A stretch of 64,000 nt of DNA from a virus (IMGVR_UViG_3300036830_000438:3156-67155), one strand, 5' to 3'. Numbered from the stretch's first letter, positions 9,673 through 20,356 are shown. A program made the numbers and translations. The notes: generated by a model from the sequence alone, not told the origin.

Positions 9673-10131
9673 ATGTCGTCGGCGTCCGTTCACACCGCGG
9701 GCTTTCGCGCGGAGCTCCGCGACCTCTACGCCGGCATCCTGAACAACGCGCACCAAGCGCTCGTCATCGCCGTGCACGCGGCGAAAGAGAGCGCGACGAG
9801 CACGACGCTCTTCAACGACGTCACCGGCGAGACGCGCGCGAACATCCGCGAGGAGATGACCGCACCGCTGAAGGGCAAGGTCACCGCTCAAGGCAAGGTT
9901 GCGGTCTTCCTCAACGAGGGCACGAACCCGCACGAGATTCGTGCCAAGCGCGGCGGAAAGCTGCGCTTCCAGGTGCAGGGCCAGACGGTCTTCGCACGCA
10001 TCGTGCACCACCCGGGCACGAGACCACGTCCGTTCATGGATCAAGCGGCCGAGTTCGGCGAGCAGGTGCTCGACTACGGTCTCGACGACTTCACCGATCG
10101 CGCGATCGCGCGCTTCAACAGCGGAGAGTGA
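9673..10131 (+). CDS. HK97 gp10-like neck/tail completion protein
   Basis: FLNEGTNPHEIRAK...VHHPGTRPRPFM motif typical of this family. Confidence 0.75.
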   Translation: MSSASVHTAGFRAELRDLYAGILNNAHQALVIAVHAAKESATSTTLFNDVTGETRANIREEMTAPLKGKVTAQGKVAVFLNEGTNPHEIRAKRGGKLRFQVQGQTVFARIVHHPGTRPRPFMDQAAEFGEQVLDYGLDDFTDRAIARFNSGE

Positions 10132-10134
10132 CGC

Positions 10135-11592
10135 GTGACCGCTCCCTTTGGGTCGTTCCAAAAGGGCGGCACGATCTATCCGCTCGCGACGAGCACCGGA
10201 CACTCGGCGCTCTTCGACGTCGACCCGTCGCTCTACTACACGCTCGAGTACTTCAAGTCGGTGCTGCAGACGCACCTCGGCGCGCGGCTCGTCGCGGAAG
10301 CCACCGCGGCGGGACTCAACGGCTCGAACGTCATCACGCAGGCCGTCCAATACGCCCTTCCGTACGACCCTCTCACGGTCATCGAAGAGCAACAGTTCGG
10401 AAAGTTCCCGCTGCTTGCGGTCTGGCGCACGACCGAAAAAGAGAAGTGGAAAACCATCGGGCGGATGGACACCGAGGACCTGTGGAAGGTCGCGTACGTC
10501 TTGCCGCCACTCACGGGCGGACAGCGCGAGCGCCTGCAGCCGCTCCTCAAGGCCGCGCGCGACATCATCCTCGACCGCATTGAGAACTGCCTCGACCCAG
10601 GCTTCATGTCGGGAGCCGAGGTGTGGAAGCTCGCCGGCCTCGAGGAACTCAACCTCCTCGGCGGCGACACCGGCCACTACGAGATCCCGAAGTCCGAGCT
10701 CGTGATGCCAGCGTGGATCGGCAATCTGCAGGTCATCGAGCGGCAAGAGAACACCGCGCGCGCGGCGCTCCTCGGAAAGTTCTCCGGCGTCGACGTCACC
10801 ATCACCGACAGCTCGCAGGGCGCCCCCGTCGACATGGTCGACCTGTCGATCGACGTCGCGGACCCGACCGTGATCGCGGGGTTCCTCTCGCTCTACCGCA
10901 GCGACCTCGGCGTCACCGCGAACACGACGCAGGACCAAGCGACGACGTGGGCCGACCAAGGCGCCAGTCATCACGATCAGACTGCCGCGGGCGCGAGTAA
11001 CGAGCCCTACATCCTTCGCGATCCGGAAACGGATCAAAACATCCTCCGCTTCGACGGCGTGCAGGCGAACACCACCGCCACGATCGCCGCGCTCGGCGCG
11101 AACACCGGAAAGACGATCGTCGTCGCATTCCGGCTTTGGGACACCGCGCAGCGCGCGAGCCTCGTCCTTGCCACCGACGGCACGACGGCTGGCACTGTCT
11201 CCATCGAAGCGAACACGACGAGCTCGGCGGGCGGCCTAATGGGCCTCTACGCATCGGGCTCATCGTTCGACACGCAGTTTCCGACGACGCCCGGATGGCG
11301 CATCGCCGTCCTTCGCATCTCGATCTCCACGCCGGGCGGTGACATCGCATCGAGCGTGAACCTCCGCATCGACGACCTGCCCGCCGTGCTCACGCGGAAG
11401 AGTGGTTCGGGCAACTGGAGCTCGCTCGGCGCTGCGACGACGCTCGCGGTCGGCGGCATGCCCTTCGACCTCTCGCACACCGACGCACGCGCCGACGTCG
11501 GCGTCGTCATGGCGTTCAGCGCGAATCTTTCTGACGCGGACACGGCGACGTGCATCGCGTTCTGCAAGCAGTGGCTCGACGAAAACGTCTGA
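10135..11592 (+). CDS. Putative tail terminator fused to a LamG/ConA-like domain
   Basis: Position before sheath. C-terminal half has WADQ, LRFDG and TIVVAFR jelly-roll motifs. Confidence 0.6.
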   Translation: MTAPFGSFQKGGTIYPLATSTGHSALFDVDPSLYYTLEYFKSVLQTHLGARLVAEATAAGLNGSNVITQAVQYALPYDPLTVIEEQQFGKFPLLAVWRTTEKEKWKTIGRMDTEDLWKVAYVLPPLTGGQRERLQPLLKAARDIILDRIENCLDPGFMSGAEVWKLAGLEELNLLGGDTGHYEIPKSELVMPAWIGNLQVIERQENTARAALLGKFSGVDVTITDSSQGAPVDMVDLSIDVADPTVIAGFLSLYRSDLGVTANTTQDQATTWADQGASHHDQTAAGASNEPYILRDPETDQNILRFDGVQANTTATIAALGANTGKTIVVAFRLWDTAQRASLVLATDGTTAGTVSIEANTTSSAGGLMGLYASGSSFDTQFPTTPGWRIAVLRISISTPGGDIASSVNLRIDDLPAVLTRKSGSGNWSSLGAATTLAVGGMPFDLSHTDARADVGVVMAFSANLSDADTATCIAFCKQWLDENV

Positions 11593-11617
11593 GCGTCGAC
11601 CTCAAAAGGACACCACC

Positions 11618-12127
11618 ATGCCGGAAGTTCTCCGCGTCAAGGCGAAGCCTGGCGTGCTCGCTCTCGATCACCGCGCGCTTCCCGCGCGCCGCTTCATCGG
11701 TCGCGATCACGCGCCGCCGACGGATGGGCCGGGGCTCTCGCTCGGTCACATCGCGCCGGGGCTCTACGATCCGGGCAAGCTCCACCTCGGCGAGCCCGTC
11801 GACGTCGACGATCTCTTTCCGATCCGCGACACGCACGACGAGCTCGTGTTCCATGTCGACGCGAAGCACCCGCACGTCGCGCACAAAGAACGCGAACACC
11901 ACCGCAAGGTGAAGCAGCTCGTCGCCCATGGCGCGCTTCTCGCTCACGACGAGCACACCGCCAAGACATGCGGCGTGAAGTTCGAAGTCGCCGCGAAGGC
12001 CGACGGAACGCCCACCGAGGTGCACGGCGACGGCAGCGGTCATTCGCCTCCCGACGTGCACGTCGACGACCACGGCATCGTCTCGAACGAGACGATCGAG
12101 ATGCCGGCTGAGGAGCCCGTGAAATGA
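11618..12127 (+). CDS. His-rich hypothetical protein preceding sheath (Mu gp38-like position)
   Basis: AAGGA RBS; MPEVLRVKAKPG start; ATGA overlap with sheath. Confidence 0.65.
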   Translation: MPEVLRVKAKPGVLALDHRALPARRFIGRDHAPPTDGPGLSLGHIAPGLYDPGKLHLGEPVDVDDLFPIRDTHDELVFHVDAKHPHVAHKEREHHRKVKQLVAHGALLAHDEHTAKTCGVKFEVAAKADGTPTEVHGDGSGHSPPDVHVDDHGIVSNETIEMPAEEPVK

Positions 12128-13911
12128 GCAATCTCCCCACGAGCATTCCCATCGTCGGTCTCCCGGCATCGGATCCGACGCCGGGCGTCTTCCTCGAGAT
12201 CGACTTCGCGCAGGGCCCTGCGTCTGCCGCGGGAGCGATCTACGCAGCGCTCTTGATGGCGAACAAGATCGCGACGGGTGACGCGACGGTCGACTCCGTC
12301 GTCTACGGCCCGTTTGGCAACTCGCCGGCGCCGTTCGCGACCGAGACCGACATCATCTCGCGCTCGGGTCGAGGTTCGGAGATGCACCGGAAGTGGAAGC
12401 GGTTCGTTCGCACGAACGGCGCCACGCCCGTCTTCGGCATCTTCGTTTCAGAGAGCGCCGGCAGCAAAGCCACGCTCCAAATCAACATCGGCGGCGCCGA
12501 CGCTTCCTCGGCTGGCACGATGCGAGCGTTCTTCGTCGGCGAATCCGTCGACGCGAACGTCTCAAGCGGCGACAGCGCAGCGACTGTCGTCGCGAGCCTC
12601 GTGGCGGCAGTCAACACGCAAGGCGATTGGCCTGCCACCGCCGCGGCGAACGTGACGACCCTGAGCGGCACCGTCTCGATCACGAACGGGAGCGCGGCGA
12701 TCACGTTCTCGGGCAACCAGACGCTCGCCGCGGGCACCGCCATCGTCTTTGCCGCGCAGCCCGGCACCACGTATTACCTCCTCAACGCGGTCAACGCCGC
12801 GACCGCGGGTACGCTCACGGTCAACTACGGCGGCACGACGAACGCCGCGACGACGACGACGGTGCAGGCCGTCATCCTCACCGCGAAGCAGAAGGGCCCG
12901 CGCGGCAACTGGCTCCGCGCCAGCGCGCAGCTCATCACGGGCGCGGGCACGACGTCGTTCGTCACGGCGCAGACGTTCTTCACCGGCGGCACGACCGCCG
13001 ACAGCAACGTCACTGCCCTCGCGACGATCAACTCGAGCCACTACTACTACCTCGTCCCCGCGGCGGAGGACACGACCCAACTCGGCGCGCTTTCCGCGCA
13101 AGTCAGCATCCAAGCGCAGTCGAAGCCCGGCATCCGTCAAACGATCGTCGCGGCGAGCATCGACACCGAGTCGAACGCCCAGACGATCGCGATCACGCTC
13201 AACCAAGCGCGCGCCGAGTACGTGTGGATGGAGAAGAGCGATTGGGTGCCGTCCGAAATGGCCGCGCACCACGCGTCGCTTTATTCGCTCGGCGAGGCTC
13301 CCGATGGCGTCGGTGGTCCGAGCCTGCACAACTTCAACGGCCTCGGTGGTGGTCCGGGCGGCGGCGGCGGCAACCCCGCGCGCGCGCAGCTCGATCCGCT
13401 CTACGCAGTGCCGTACCCGCGCGGCTGGACCGCCAAACCCACCGCCACCACGATCGTCGGCGCGATCCAAAACGGTCTCTCGCCTGTCACGGCGGACTCG
13501 AACGGCAACACGTACCTCGTGATGCGCGTGACGACGCGCACGCTGACCAGCGGCATCACCGACTATCGCATCCGCTGGCCGCACAAGGTCCGCGTCTGCG
13601 ACTTCTACGGCGACCAGCTCGTCGCGAAGCTCGGTCTGCAGTTCGGCGGAATGGACATCATCGACAACCCCGTCACCGGACAGCGCATCCCGAACAACCG
13701 CGTCACGTGGCCGAGCGCCATCGAGGCCTCCGTCGACAAGCTCACGGACGACTTCGGCGACGACGGGCAGTTCCAGAACGCCGCCGGCATCAAGGCGAAC
13801 ACGCAGGTCATTCGCGAAGCGAGCCCGACGACTCGGTGCTCGGTGCGTGTGCCCGCGTCCACGATCGACACGCTCGACCAGATCGCGATCCAGCTCCTCC
13901 AGGTCGCGTGA
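12124..13911 (+). CDS. Contractile tail sheath protein (Mu gpL-like)
   Basis: PGVFLEIDF, GRGSEMH, VILTAKQKGPRGN and RVTTRT motifs. Confidence 0.9.
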   Translation: MSNLPTSIPIVGLPASDPTPGVFLEIDFAQGPASAAGAIYAALLMANKIATGDATVDSVVYGPFGNSPAPFATETDIISRSGRGSEMHRKWKRFVRTNGATPVFGIFVSESAGSKATLQINIGGADASSAGTMRAFFVGESVDANVSSGDSAATVVASLVAAVNTQGDWPATAAANVTTLSGTVSITNGSAAITFSGNQTLAAGTAIVFAAQPGTTYYLLNAVNAATAGTLTVNYGGTTNAATTTTVQAVILTAKQKGPRGNWLRASAQLITGAGTTSFVTAQTFFTGGTTADSNVTALATINSSHYYYLVPAAEDTTQLGALSAQVSIQAQSKPGIRQTIVAASIDTESNAQTIAITLNQARAEYVWMEKSDWVPSEMAAHHASLYSLGEAPDGVGGPSLHNFNGLGGGPGGGGGNPARAQLDPLYAVPYPRGWTAKPTATTIVGAIQNGLSPVTADSNGNTYLVMRVTTRTLTSGITDYRIRWPHKVRVCDFYGDQLVAKLGLQFGGMDIIDNPVTGQRIPNNRVTWPSAIEASVDKLTDDFGDDGQFQNAAGIKANTQVIREASPTTRCSVRVPASTIDTLDQIAIQLLQVA

Positions 13912-13949
13912 CCGAACGCGCGCTGTAGCGCGCCCACAACTCATCGCCG

Positions 13950-13996
13950 AAGGGCCCAGCGCGCCGCTCATCGTGGCGGCTGGGCCTTTCTTTTTT
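13950..13996 (+). terminator. Long hairpin plus T-tract between sheath and tube
   Basis: AAGGGCCCAGC/GCTGGGCCTTT outer stem, inner CGCCGC/GTGGCG stem, then CTTTTTT. Confidence 0.6.
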
Positions 13997-14017
13997 CCAT
14001 TCGAAAGGGCTGCCGCC

Positions 14018-14395
14018 ATGGCCGGACAGAAATATGCGTTGGCGCTCGTGCGCGTCGACGGTCTTCTCCTCGTCGAAGAGCAGGAGATCACCATCGATCG
14101 CGACTCGCGCTCGCAGGAGATGAACACGGTCGCCCTGCAGTACGCGGGCGAGTCGCCGGGCGCGGGCATCATGACGATCGACATCGTCAACGCCGTTCCC
14201 GCGCTCGACTTCGAGCTCAACTTCGGATCGTTCTTCGTGAACATCCAGGGCGAGCACGAGATCAGCGTCGAGATCCCCGGCGGTCGTCATCTCACGACGC
14301 GCGGGTCGATCATCAAAGACAACTTCCGGCACGGCGTGAACTCGCCGGCGCACCTGTCGGCGCACATCCGCGCGACGCTCAAGGATTGGGAATGA
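14018..14395 (+). CDS. Tail tube protein
   Basis: 125 aa beta-rich protein right after the sheath. Confidence 0.75.
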   Translation: MAGQKYALALVRVDGLLLVEEQEITIDRDSRSQEMNTVALQYAGESPGAGIMTIDIVNAVPALDFELNFGSFFVNIQGEHEISVEIPGGRHLTTRGSIIKDNFRHGVNSPAHLSAHIRATLKDWE

Positions 14396-14544
14396 CCGAC
14401 GAGCAACGGCGACTCGTCGCTGCGCTGAACTCGGCCGGGTTCTTCGTGTGGTGCTCGCCGCAGGGTGAGATCGTATACGCCAAACCGAACGCGGAGCCGT
14501 CGCAGTTCCGGATCGTTCGACGCACGGAGGCGGCATGCCGATGA
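14392..14544 (+). CDS. Small hypothetical protein (50 aa; below ORF-track cutoff)
   Basis: MTDEQRRLVAAL...EAACR*; ATGA overlaps at both ends. Confidence 0.55.
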   Translation: MTDEQRRLVAALNSAGFFVWCSPQGEIVYAKPNAEPSQFRIVRRTEAACR

Positions 14545-15269
14545 AGCCTCCGCCCCCGGCACCTGCGGGCCAGCCCGACGACCTGTGGGAGCGGCTCTGC
14601 GCGATGCCGCGCCCGAACAAGCCAGTCGACTTCCCGAAGTTCGATCCCGTCACCGGAAAGGCTTACGGGCAGATCCGCATGTGGATCCTGCGGCAAGACG
14701 AGATCGAGACCGCTGCGGCGACCGCGGGTCAGCGCGCGCGACGCGCCCTCGCGAAGATCATCACCGACCAGCAGTCGAAAGAGGTCGCCGGCACGCCGCT
14801 CGGCGACGCGATCGACCGCGTCACGTACGAAGAGCTCTACAGCAACATCCGCGCGTGCGAGCTCCTCTTCCGCGCGTGCCGCAAGATGGGCGACGTCAAC
14901 CAACCCGCTTTCCCGAGCGTCGATCACATGCGCGCGCAGCTGACCTCCGACGAGGTCGGCACGCTCATGTCGTACTACTACACGGTCCAGAGCGAGCTCG
15001 GGCCCATCTCCGCGAGCATGACCGAGGCGGACGTCGACGCGTGGATCGAGCGTCTCGCGAAAAGCGGTGAACGCTACCCTTTAGGTTCTCTCTCGCAGGA
15101 TGCGCTCCAGAAGCTGACGTTTTCTTTGGCGCACCGATTGTCGAGCTCTGCGACTGCCACCTCCTCTGCTGGCTCTCCGCTCGAAAGCGGTACCGAGAGT
15201 GGAGCGAAGAGCGATCCGAGCGAGAGCGAACCCAGCAGCGATTCTGACGACGTCGCACCCAGCGAGTAA
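14535..15269 (+). CDS. Tail assembly chaperone
   Basis: Between tube and tape measure; helical with an acidic tail. Start may be 14541. Confidence 0.7.
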   Translation: MPMKPPPPAPAGQPDDLWERLCAMPRPNKPVDFPKFDPVTGKAYGQIRMWILRQDEIETAAATAGQRARRALAKIITDQQSKEVAGTPLGDAIDRVTYEELYSNIRACELLFRACRKMGDVNQPAFPSVDHMRAQLTSDEVGTLMSYYYTVQSELGPISASMTEADVDAWIERLAKSGERYPLGSLSQDALQKLTFSLAHRLSSSATATSSAGSPLESGTESGAKSDPSESEPSSDSDDVAPSE

Positions 15270-15272
15270 CCC

Positions 15273-17480
15273 ATGCCCCGTTCCGTCGAAGTTCGATTCG
15301 TCGTCGGCGGGACGAGCGAAGTCCTCCGCGCGTTCGACTCGATCGACAAGCGGGCCGAGCGCGCCGAGCAGGGCCAGCGCCGTGCCGCGAACGACGACGT
15401 CGCGCGCACGCGCAAAACGGCGAACGAGAAGGTGCGCGAAGAGGAACGCGCGACGCGCGAGCGCGAAAAGCTCCTCAAGCGCTACGAGCAACAGCAGATC
15501 AAGCTCTCCGAGCAGTCGCTCAAGGCCATCCAGAAAACGGCCGACGAGAAGACGCGCATCGAGGAGCGATGGGCGCGCGCAAGCCTCGACTTTGTCCACA
15601 AGGTCTCGCTCGCAAAGCAACGTCAGCTCGAGGCGGAGGTTCGTGAGGTCGAGCGCGCCGAACGGCAGAAGGCGAGCGCTCGAGAGCGGTGGGCGCGCGC
15701 GACGGGCTCGCGTATCGGCGGCACGGTCGGCGGCAGCGTGGGCAACCTCGCATCGCGCGCGGTCGGAATGGCTGGGATGGCGCTCACGGTCGGCGGTGGC
15801 TTCGGCATCGCGGATGCCGTGCAGTCGCAGTTCGCGGCGCAACGCGCGGCCGCGCAGCTCGTGAACGCGGTCACCACGAGCGGCACGGCGCCGTCGGGCG
15901 CGAGCGTCGGCAACATCATGCAGCAGGCGAGCGGCATCGCCATCCGCACGGGAATGGCGCAGTCCGACGTCATCGGCGGCATGCTCGCGTACTCGCGCAG
16001 CGCGCGCGGCGGCGACTTCGGCGGCGTGCAGCAGAACGCCGAGTTTTTCGCGAAAATGTCGAAGTCGACGGGCACGTCGATCACCGACCTCGCGACGGCC
16101 GCCGGCGTCCTCCAGTCGCAAAACGCGGACCTCTCAAAGGATCCGGCCGCGATGCGGCAGCTTCTCTTGTCGGCGTACGCGCAGACGAAGAGCGGATCCG
16201 TCTCGCTCGTCGACGCCGCGAAGCAATTCGGCACGCTCGGATCGACGCGTGGGCTTTTCCAGGGCAGCGAAGCTCACAATCAAGCGACGCTCCTCGGTCT
16301 CGGGCAGATCGCGGCCGCAGGCGGCTCGAGCGAAGAGATCGGGACGTACATCAAGGACTTCTCGCTCGAGGTCGCGCAGAAACGCCGACACACGAGCAAG
16401 GAAATCGGTCTCGGCGGGCGCGGGCTCGAATCGCTGGGCGTTCACTTCGACAAAACGGGCCGAATGGAGAGCCCGGAGCAAGCGATCGGCGCGATCTTCA
16501 AGGCGACCGGCGGTGACCTCGGTCAAATCGCAGGTCTCGTCGGCAAGCGCGGCATCCCGCTCTTCTCGGAGCTCCAAAAGTCGTTCATGGGCGCGGGCGG
16601 TGGTGACGCGGGCGTCGCCGCGGTGAACAAGCAAATCCACTCCGTCACGCAGTCGACGATGAGCGAGGGCGATCTGCAGTCGCAGTTCGACCAGGTCATG
16701 TCGACGCCGGCGGAGCGTCTCGGCAAGTCGTTCGAGGAGCTCAAGGAAAAGGTCGGCGAAGCGCTGATGCCCGAGCTCGAGAAGCTCGCGAACAAGCTCC
16801 CCGAGTGGATCCCGAAAATCGAAAAGGCGATCGAGTCGTTCGGCAAGATGCTCGATTGGCTCAGCGAACACCCGTGGGAAGGTCTCGGCCTCGTCATCGC
16901 AGCGAGCATCACGAAAGACCTCGCCGCAGCCGCGATCGGTGAAGCCGTCAAAAAGACGCTCGTCTCGCTCCTCAGCGGAGGCAGTGGTGGCGGAACCGGT
17001 GGCGCGGGCGGCGCGCCTGGCAGCCCGGCAAACGCGCTCGCGGCGACAGCAGGCATCGTCGGCGGCCTCGGCAGCGCGACGGACATCTACACCGCGGCGT
17101 CGAACGCGCGCGACGTTCACAAACGCGGCGGCGGTCTCGCCAAGTCGGCGTACCGCTACCTCGACGACTGGCAAAGCGGCAACTTCGGATGGGTCGGTGG
17201 CGCGAGTTGGAACCCGCTCGTCACGGGCGCGAAGATGGGGCTCGGCGCGCTCGGCGACGACGGCGTTCAGGCTTCGGATCAGGGGCAAGCGCACGTCGCC
17301 GCGTTTCAAGCTGCGCGCGCGAAAGGCGGCCCAATGCAAGGGTCGAGCGAACACCACGCGCAGAAGCAGACCGATCTGCTGCAGAAGATCGCCGACAACA
17401 CCTCGCGCGGCGGCAGCGGCATGCCGAGCGACGGGCAACGAACGCATCCGCTCGGCGCGAGCCGCGGCGCAACGCAGTGA
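15273..17480 (+). CDS. Tail tape measure protein
   Basis: 735 aa Ala/Gly-rich helical protein with N-terminal coiled coil; canonical position. Confidence 0.9.
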   Translation: MPRSVEVRFVVGGTSEVLRAFDSIDKRAERAEQGQRRAANDDVARTRKTANEKVREEERATREREKLLKRYEQQQIKLSEQSLKAIQKTADEKTRIEERWARASLDFVHKVSLAKQRQLEAEVREVERAERQKASARERWARATGSRIGGTVGGSVGNLASRAVGMAGMALTVGGGFGIADAVQSQFAAQRAAAQLVNAVTTSGTAPSGASVGNIMQQASGIAIRTGMAQSDVIGGMLAYSRSARGGDFGGVQQNAEFFAKMSKSTGTSITDLATAAGVLQSQNADLSKDPAAMRQLLLSAYAQTKSGSVSLVDAAKQFGTLGSTRGLFQGSEAHNQATLLGLGQIAAAGGSSEEIGTYIKDFSLEVAQKRRHTSKEIGLGGRGLESLGVHFDKTGRMESPEQAIGAIFKATGGDLGQIAGLVGKRGIPLFSELQKSFMGAGGGDAGVAAVNKQIHSVTQSTMSEGDLQSQFDQVMSTPAERLGKSFEELKEKVGEALMPELEKLANKLPEWIPKIEKAIESFGKMLDWLSEHPWEGLGLVIAASITKDLAAAAIGEAVKKTLVSLLSGGSGGGTGGAGGAPGSPANALAATAGIVGGLGSATDIYTAASNARDVHKRGGGLAKSAYRYLDDWQSGNFGWVGGASWNPLVTGAKMGLGALGDDGVQASDQGQAHVAAFQAARAKGGPMQGSSEHHAQKQTDLLQKIADNTSRGGSGMPSDGQRTHPLGASRGATQ

Positions 17481-17489
17481 GGCAGGCGA

Positions 17490-18431
17490 ATGGCCGGACG
17501 ACTGACCGACCTGCTCGCTCAGCTCTTCGAGCTCAAGTGGCGCGACGTGCCGGTGCCGTGCATCGACTTCCGCACGGAGATCGTCCACGACCAGGTCCAG
17601 CACGAATGGCCTGATCGCGACGGCGCGCACGTCGAAGCAACGGGCCGCAAGGCGCTCGTGCACCGCGCGACGATTCCGTTCTTCGCGAACATGAGCCCCG
17701 GGCTCTCGGAGACCTGGAACACCGGCGGCGCGGTCCTCTACCCGACCGTCTTTCGAAACTTTCACATCGCCTTCACGACGCGCACGTCCGGGCCGCTCCA
17801 GCACCCCGAGTTCGGCCTCATCCAGTGCAAGCCCGGTCACGCGACGGAGCATTGGGCCGCGAAGCGACGCGACGGCTGCCTCGTCGAAGCCTCGTGGATC
17901 GAGTCGCTCGACGACACGATCAGCGACTTCCAAGACATCCTCGCGCGCAAGTCGCCCGTGCCGCTCGCGTACGTCGCATCGGGCGACCTCGACGCGCAGC
18001 TCGGCGAATACGACAATCCGAGCCTCGACCCCGGCGACACGACGTCGTTCACGGACGACATCGTCGCCGTGACGTCGGCTGTCGACGCAGCGACGCTCGT
18101 CTCGAGCTCGGCGGCGGGCAAGATCAACGCGGTCATCTATCGCGTGCAGAGCCTGCAGGATCGCGTAATCGCGCTGAACGACTCGACGGCATGGCCGATC
18201 CTCACGTCATGCGATCGATTGAAGGGCGCGCTCTTCGACATGCGCACGGGCCTCCTCACGGGCGGCAAGGCGATCCTCTATTACCGCACGCCGGTCGACA
18301 CGACGCTCCCCGCACTCGTTGTCCCGACGCGCTCGAACATCGTCGATCTGCTCACGCTCAACCCGCGACTCGCCGCCGGGCCCGTCGTGCCCGCGAACAC
18401 GGTGGTTCGTTACTACAAACTCGCGGTGTGA
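17490..18431 (+). CDS. Mu gpN-like DNA circularization/tail initiator protein
   Basis: WRDVPVP...QHEWPDRDGAHVEATGR...LQHPEFG motif; LysM-like end LLTLNP. Confidence 0.85.
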   Translation: MAGRLTDLLAQLFELKWRDVPVPCIDFRTEIVHDQVQHEWPDRDGAHVEATGRKALVHRATIPFFANMSPGLSETWNTGGAVLYPTVFRNFHIAFTTRTSGPLQHPEFGLIQCKPGHATEHWAAKRRDGCLVEASWIESLDDTISDFQDILARKSPVPLAYVASGDLDAQLGEYDNPSLDPGDTTSFTDDIVAVTSAVDAATLVSSSAAGKINAVIYRVQSLQDRVIALNDSTAWPILTSCDRLKGALFDMRTGLLTGGKAILYYRTPVDTTLPALVVPTRSNIVDLLTLNPRLAAGPVVPANTVVRYYKLAV

Positions 18432-18434
18432 GAG

Positions 18435-19748
18435 ATGGCCGACCAGAACCCCGAGGACGACGGCATCGTTCTCCTGCTCGAGGACGGCAAGGGACCTCCG
18501 GTCGAGCTCAGCACGTTCAAAGAGTACACGTTCACGTCGAACTTCCTCACGCCAACGGACGGCTTCTCTTTCGTCGTCGGCGACGAGGCGCTGAACAAGT
18601 CGATTCGCGACGGGATCTTCGTCGGGCAAAAGGTGTCGCTCAAGATCGGCGGCTACGTGCAGGCCGGCGGCTACATCGACAAGACGCCCATCAAGAGCTC
18701 GCGCAAGGGCGGCACGGAGATCACGATCAGCGGACGCGACTGGCTCTCGGCCGCCGTCGACGCACACGTCGATCCGGAGTTTCGGTTCTCAGCGCAAGCC
18801 ACGCTCGACGACATCATCGTCACGTGCTTCGGACCGTACGGATTCGGCGGCATCAACCAAATCCAGACGGACGACGCCGCGAACCGCAACATCATCACGG
18901 GGCAGCGACTCGGAGAGCAGACGAGCAAGAAAGGAAAGCCGCTCAAGAGCTTTCAGCTGCACCAGCTCAAGCCGTGGCCGCGCGAAGGCGTGTTCGAGTT
19001 TTGCTCACGCCTTTCCCAGCGCTTCGGGCTCTGGATCTGGCCGAGCGCCGACGGCCTCGACCTCTTCGTCTCAGAGCCGGACTTCACGCAAAAGCCCATC
19101 TACGACATCATCCACAAGATCGGCGACGCGTCGGGTGCAAACTACGAGAGCGGCGAGCTCGTGCCCGATGCGTCGGAGCAACCCGCGATCATCGTCGCGA
19201 CGGGCATCGGCGGCGGCGGCTCGCAGCCCGCTACGGGGATGAAAGTCCTCATCATCAACGAGCTCTTCGGCGTCGAGGTGAAGACGACGAGCACGGCGAC
19301 TGCCGACATCGTCGCGATCTCTTCGCGCACGGACGACGACTTCAACGCGGAGTACGTCCGGCAAATCATCCAAGCGCATCCCGAAGCGACGGTGCTGCCG
19401 ACGCGCAACGAGTTTCTGCAGCTGCCGATGATGGACCGCGCGATCCCGCGCGTGATGTACCTGCACGACGACGAGTGCAAGACGCCGCAGCAGCTCGAGT
19501 TCTACGCGCGGCGCGAGCTCGCGCTCAAGCAGCAGCACGCGTTCACGGCGACCTTCACGTTCGAGCGCCACACGCTCGGCGGCGTGCCGTGGTGCGTGAA
19601 CGCGATCGCGAACGTCGACGATGACACGCTCGGCCTGCACAACCGCATGTGGGTCCTCGAACGGACCTTCCACAAGGCGCGCGGTGGCGGCACCACAACG
19701 ACCGTGAAGTGCATCCTCCCCTTCACGCTCCTCTTCGACGAGAGCTGA
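18435..19748 (+). CDS. Baseplate hub protein (Mu gp44-like)
   Basis: DGFSF, GYIDK and ISGRD motifs; position. Confidence 0.85.
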   Translation: MADQNPEDDGIVLLLEDGKGPPVELSTFKEYTFTSNFLTPTDGFSFVVGDEALNKSIRDGIFVGQKVSLKIGGYVQAGGYIDKTPIKSSRKGGTEITISGRDWLSAAVDAHVDPEFRFSAQATLDDIIVTCFGPYGFGGINQIQTDDAANRNIITGQRLGEQTSKKGKPLKSFQLHQLKPWPREGVFEFCSRLSQRFGLWIWPSADGLDLFVSEPDFTQKPIYDIIHKIGDASGANYESGELVPDASEQPAIIVATGIGGGGSQPATGMKVLIINELFGVEVKTTSTATADIVAISSRTDDDFNAEYVRQIIQAHPEATVLPTRNEFLQLPMMDRAIPRVMYLHDDECKTPQQLEFYARRELALKQQHAFTATFTFERHTLGGVPWCVNAIANVDDDTLGLHNRMWVLERTFHKARGGGTTTTVKCILPFTLLFDES

Positions 19749-19750
19749 CC

Positions 19751-20356
19751 ATGGGCGCCAAGTCGCTGAACGACATCACGCGCAAGGGACTTCACGTCCT
19801 CGCCGTCGTGATCGACAGTGTGACGGGCCTGCTGACGGCGGAGCTCGGCGACGTGGTGAAGCAGCAAACCTCGTCGAGCGAGTGCGAAGTCTACAGCCCG
19901 TCGGGCGTCGTCGGCATCCCGCAAAAACCGGACGCGGGATCGGCAGCGGCCGAGGTCCTCGTCATCAAGAACAGCGGTCACGACGCGATCGCAGGGTTCC
20001 GAGACGCGCGATGGGCGGCGCTCGTGAACGCCGTCGGACTCGACTACGGCGAAACGCTCGTCTTCTCGCCCGCCGGCGGCGGCTACGTCGTGTTCCGAAA
20101 GGACAAGAGCGTCCAGCTCTTCAACGGCGACCTCTCGAGCTTCGTGAAGCTGAACGGCGACGGCACGATCGTCGCGGGCGACGACAACGCCAAGGCCGTC
20201 ACCTACGCCGACAAGTTCGAAGTGCTTCGCCAAGCCGTCATCACGCTCGCTGGCACGAACGCAGCGAATGGCATCCCACCGATGGACGTCGCAACGGTTG
20301 CGAAGCTCACGGCCGACACGGCCGACAACGCCACAACGAAATTCGGAGCCACCTGA
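19751..20356 (+). CDS. Baseplate spike protein (Mu gp45-like)
   Basis: GVVGIP...AEVLV...D.R...GETLVFS OB-fold signature. Confidence 0.75.
   Translation: MGAKSLNDITRKGLHVLAVVIDSVTGLLTAELGDVVKQQTSSSECEVYSPSGVVGIPQKPDAGSAAAEVLVIKNSGHDAIAGFRDARWAALVNAVGLDYGETLVFSPAGGGYVVFRKDKSVQLFNGDLSSFVKLNGDGTIVAGDDNAKAVTYADKFEVLRQAVITLAGTNAANGIPPMDVATVAKLTADTADNATTKFGAT

Noticed and set aside
14535-15272. Programmed -1 frameshift in the tail assembly chaperone
   Set aside because: No convincing XXXYYYZ slippery site found, and the ORF already runs up to the tape measure start.
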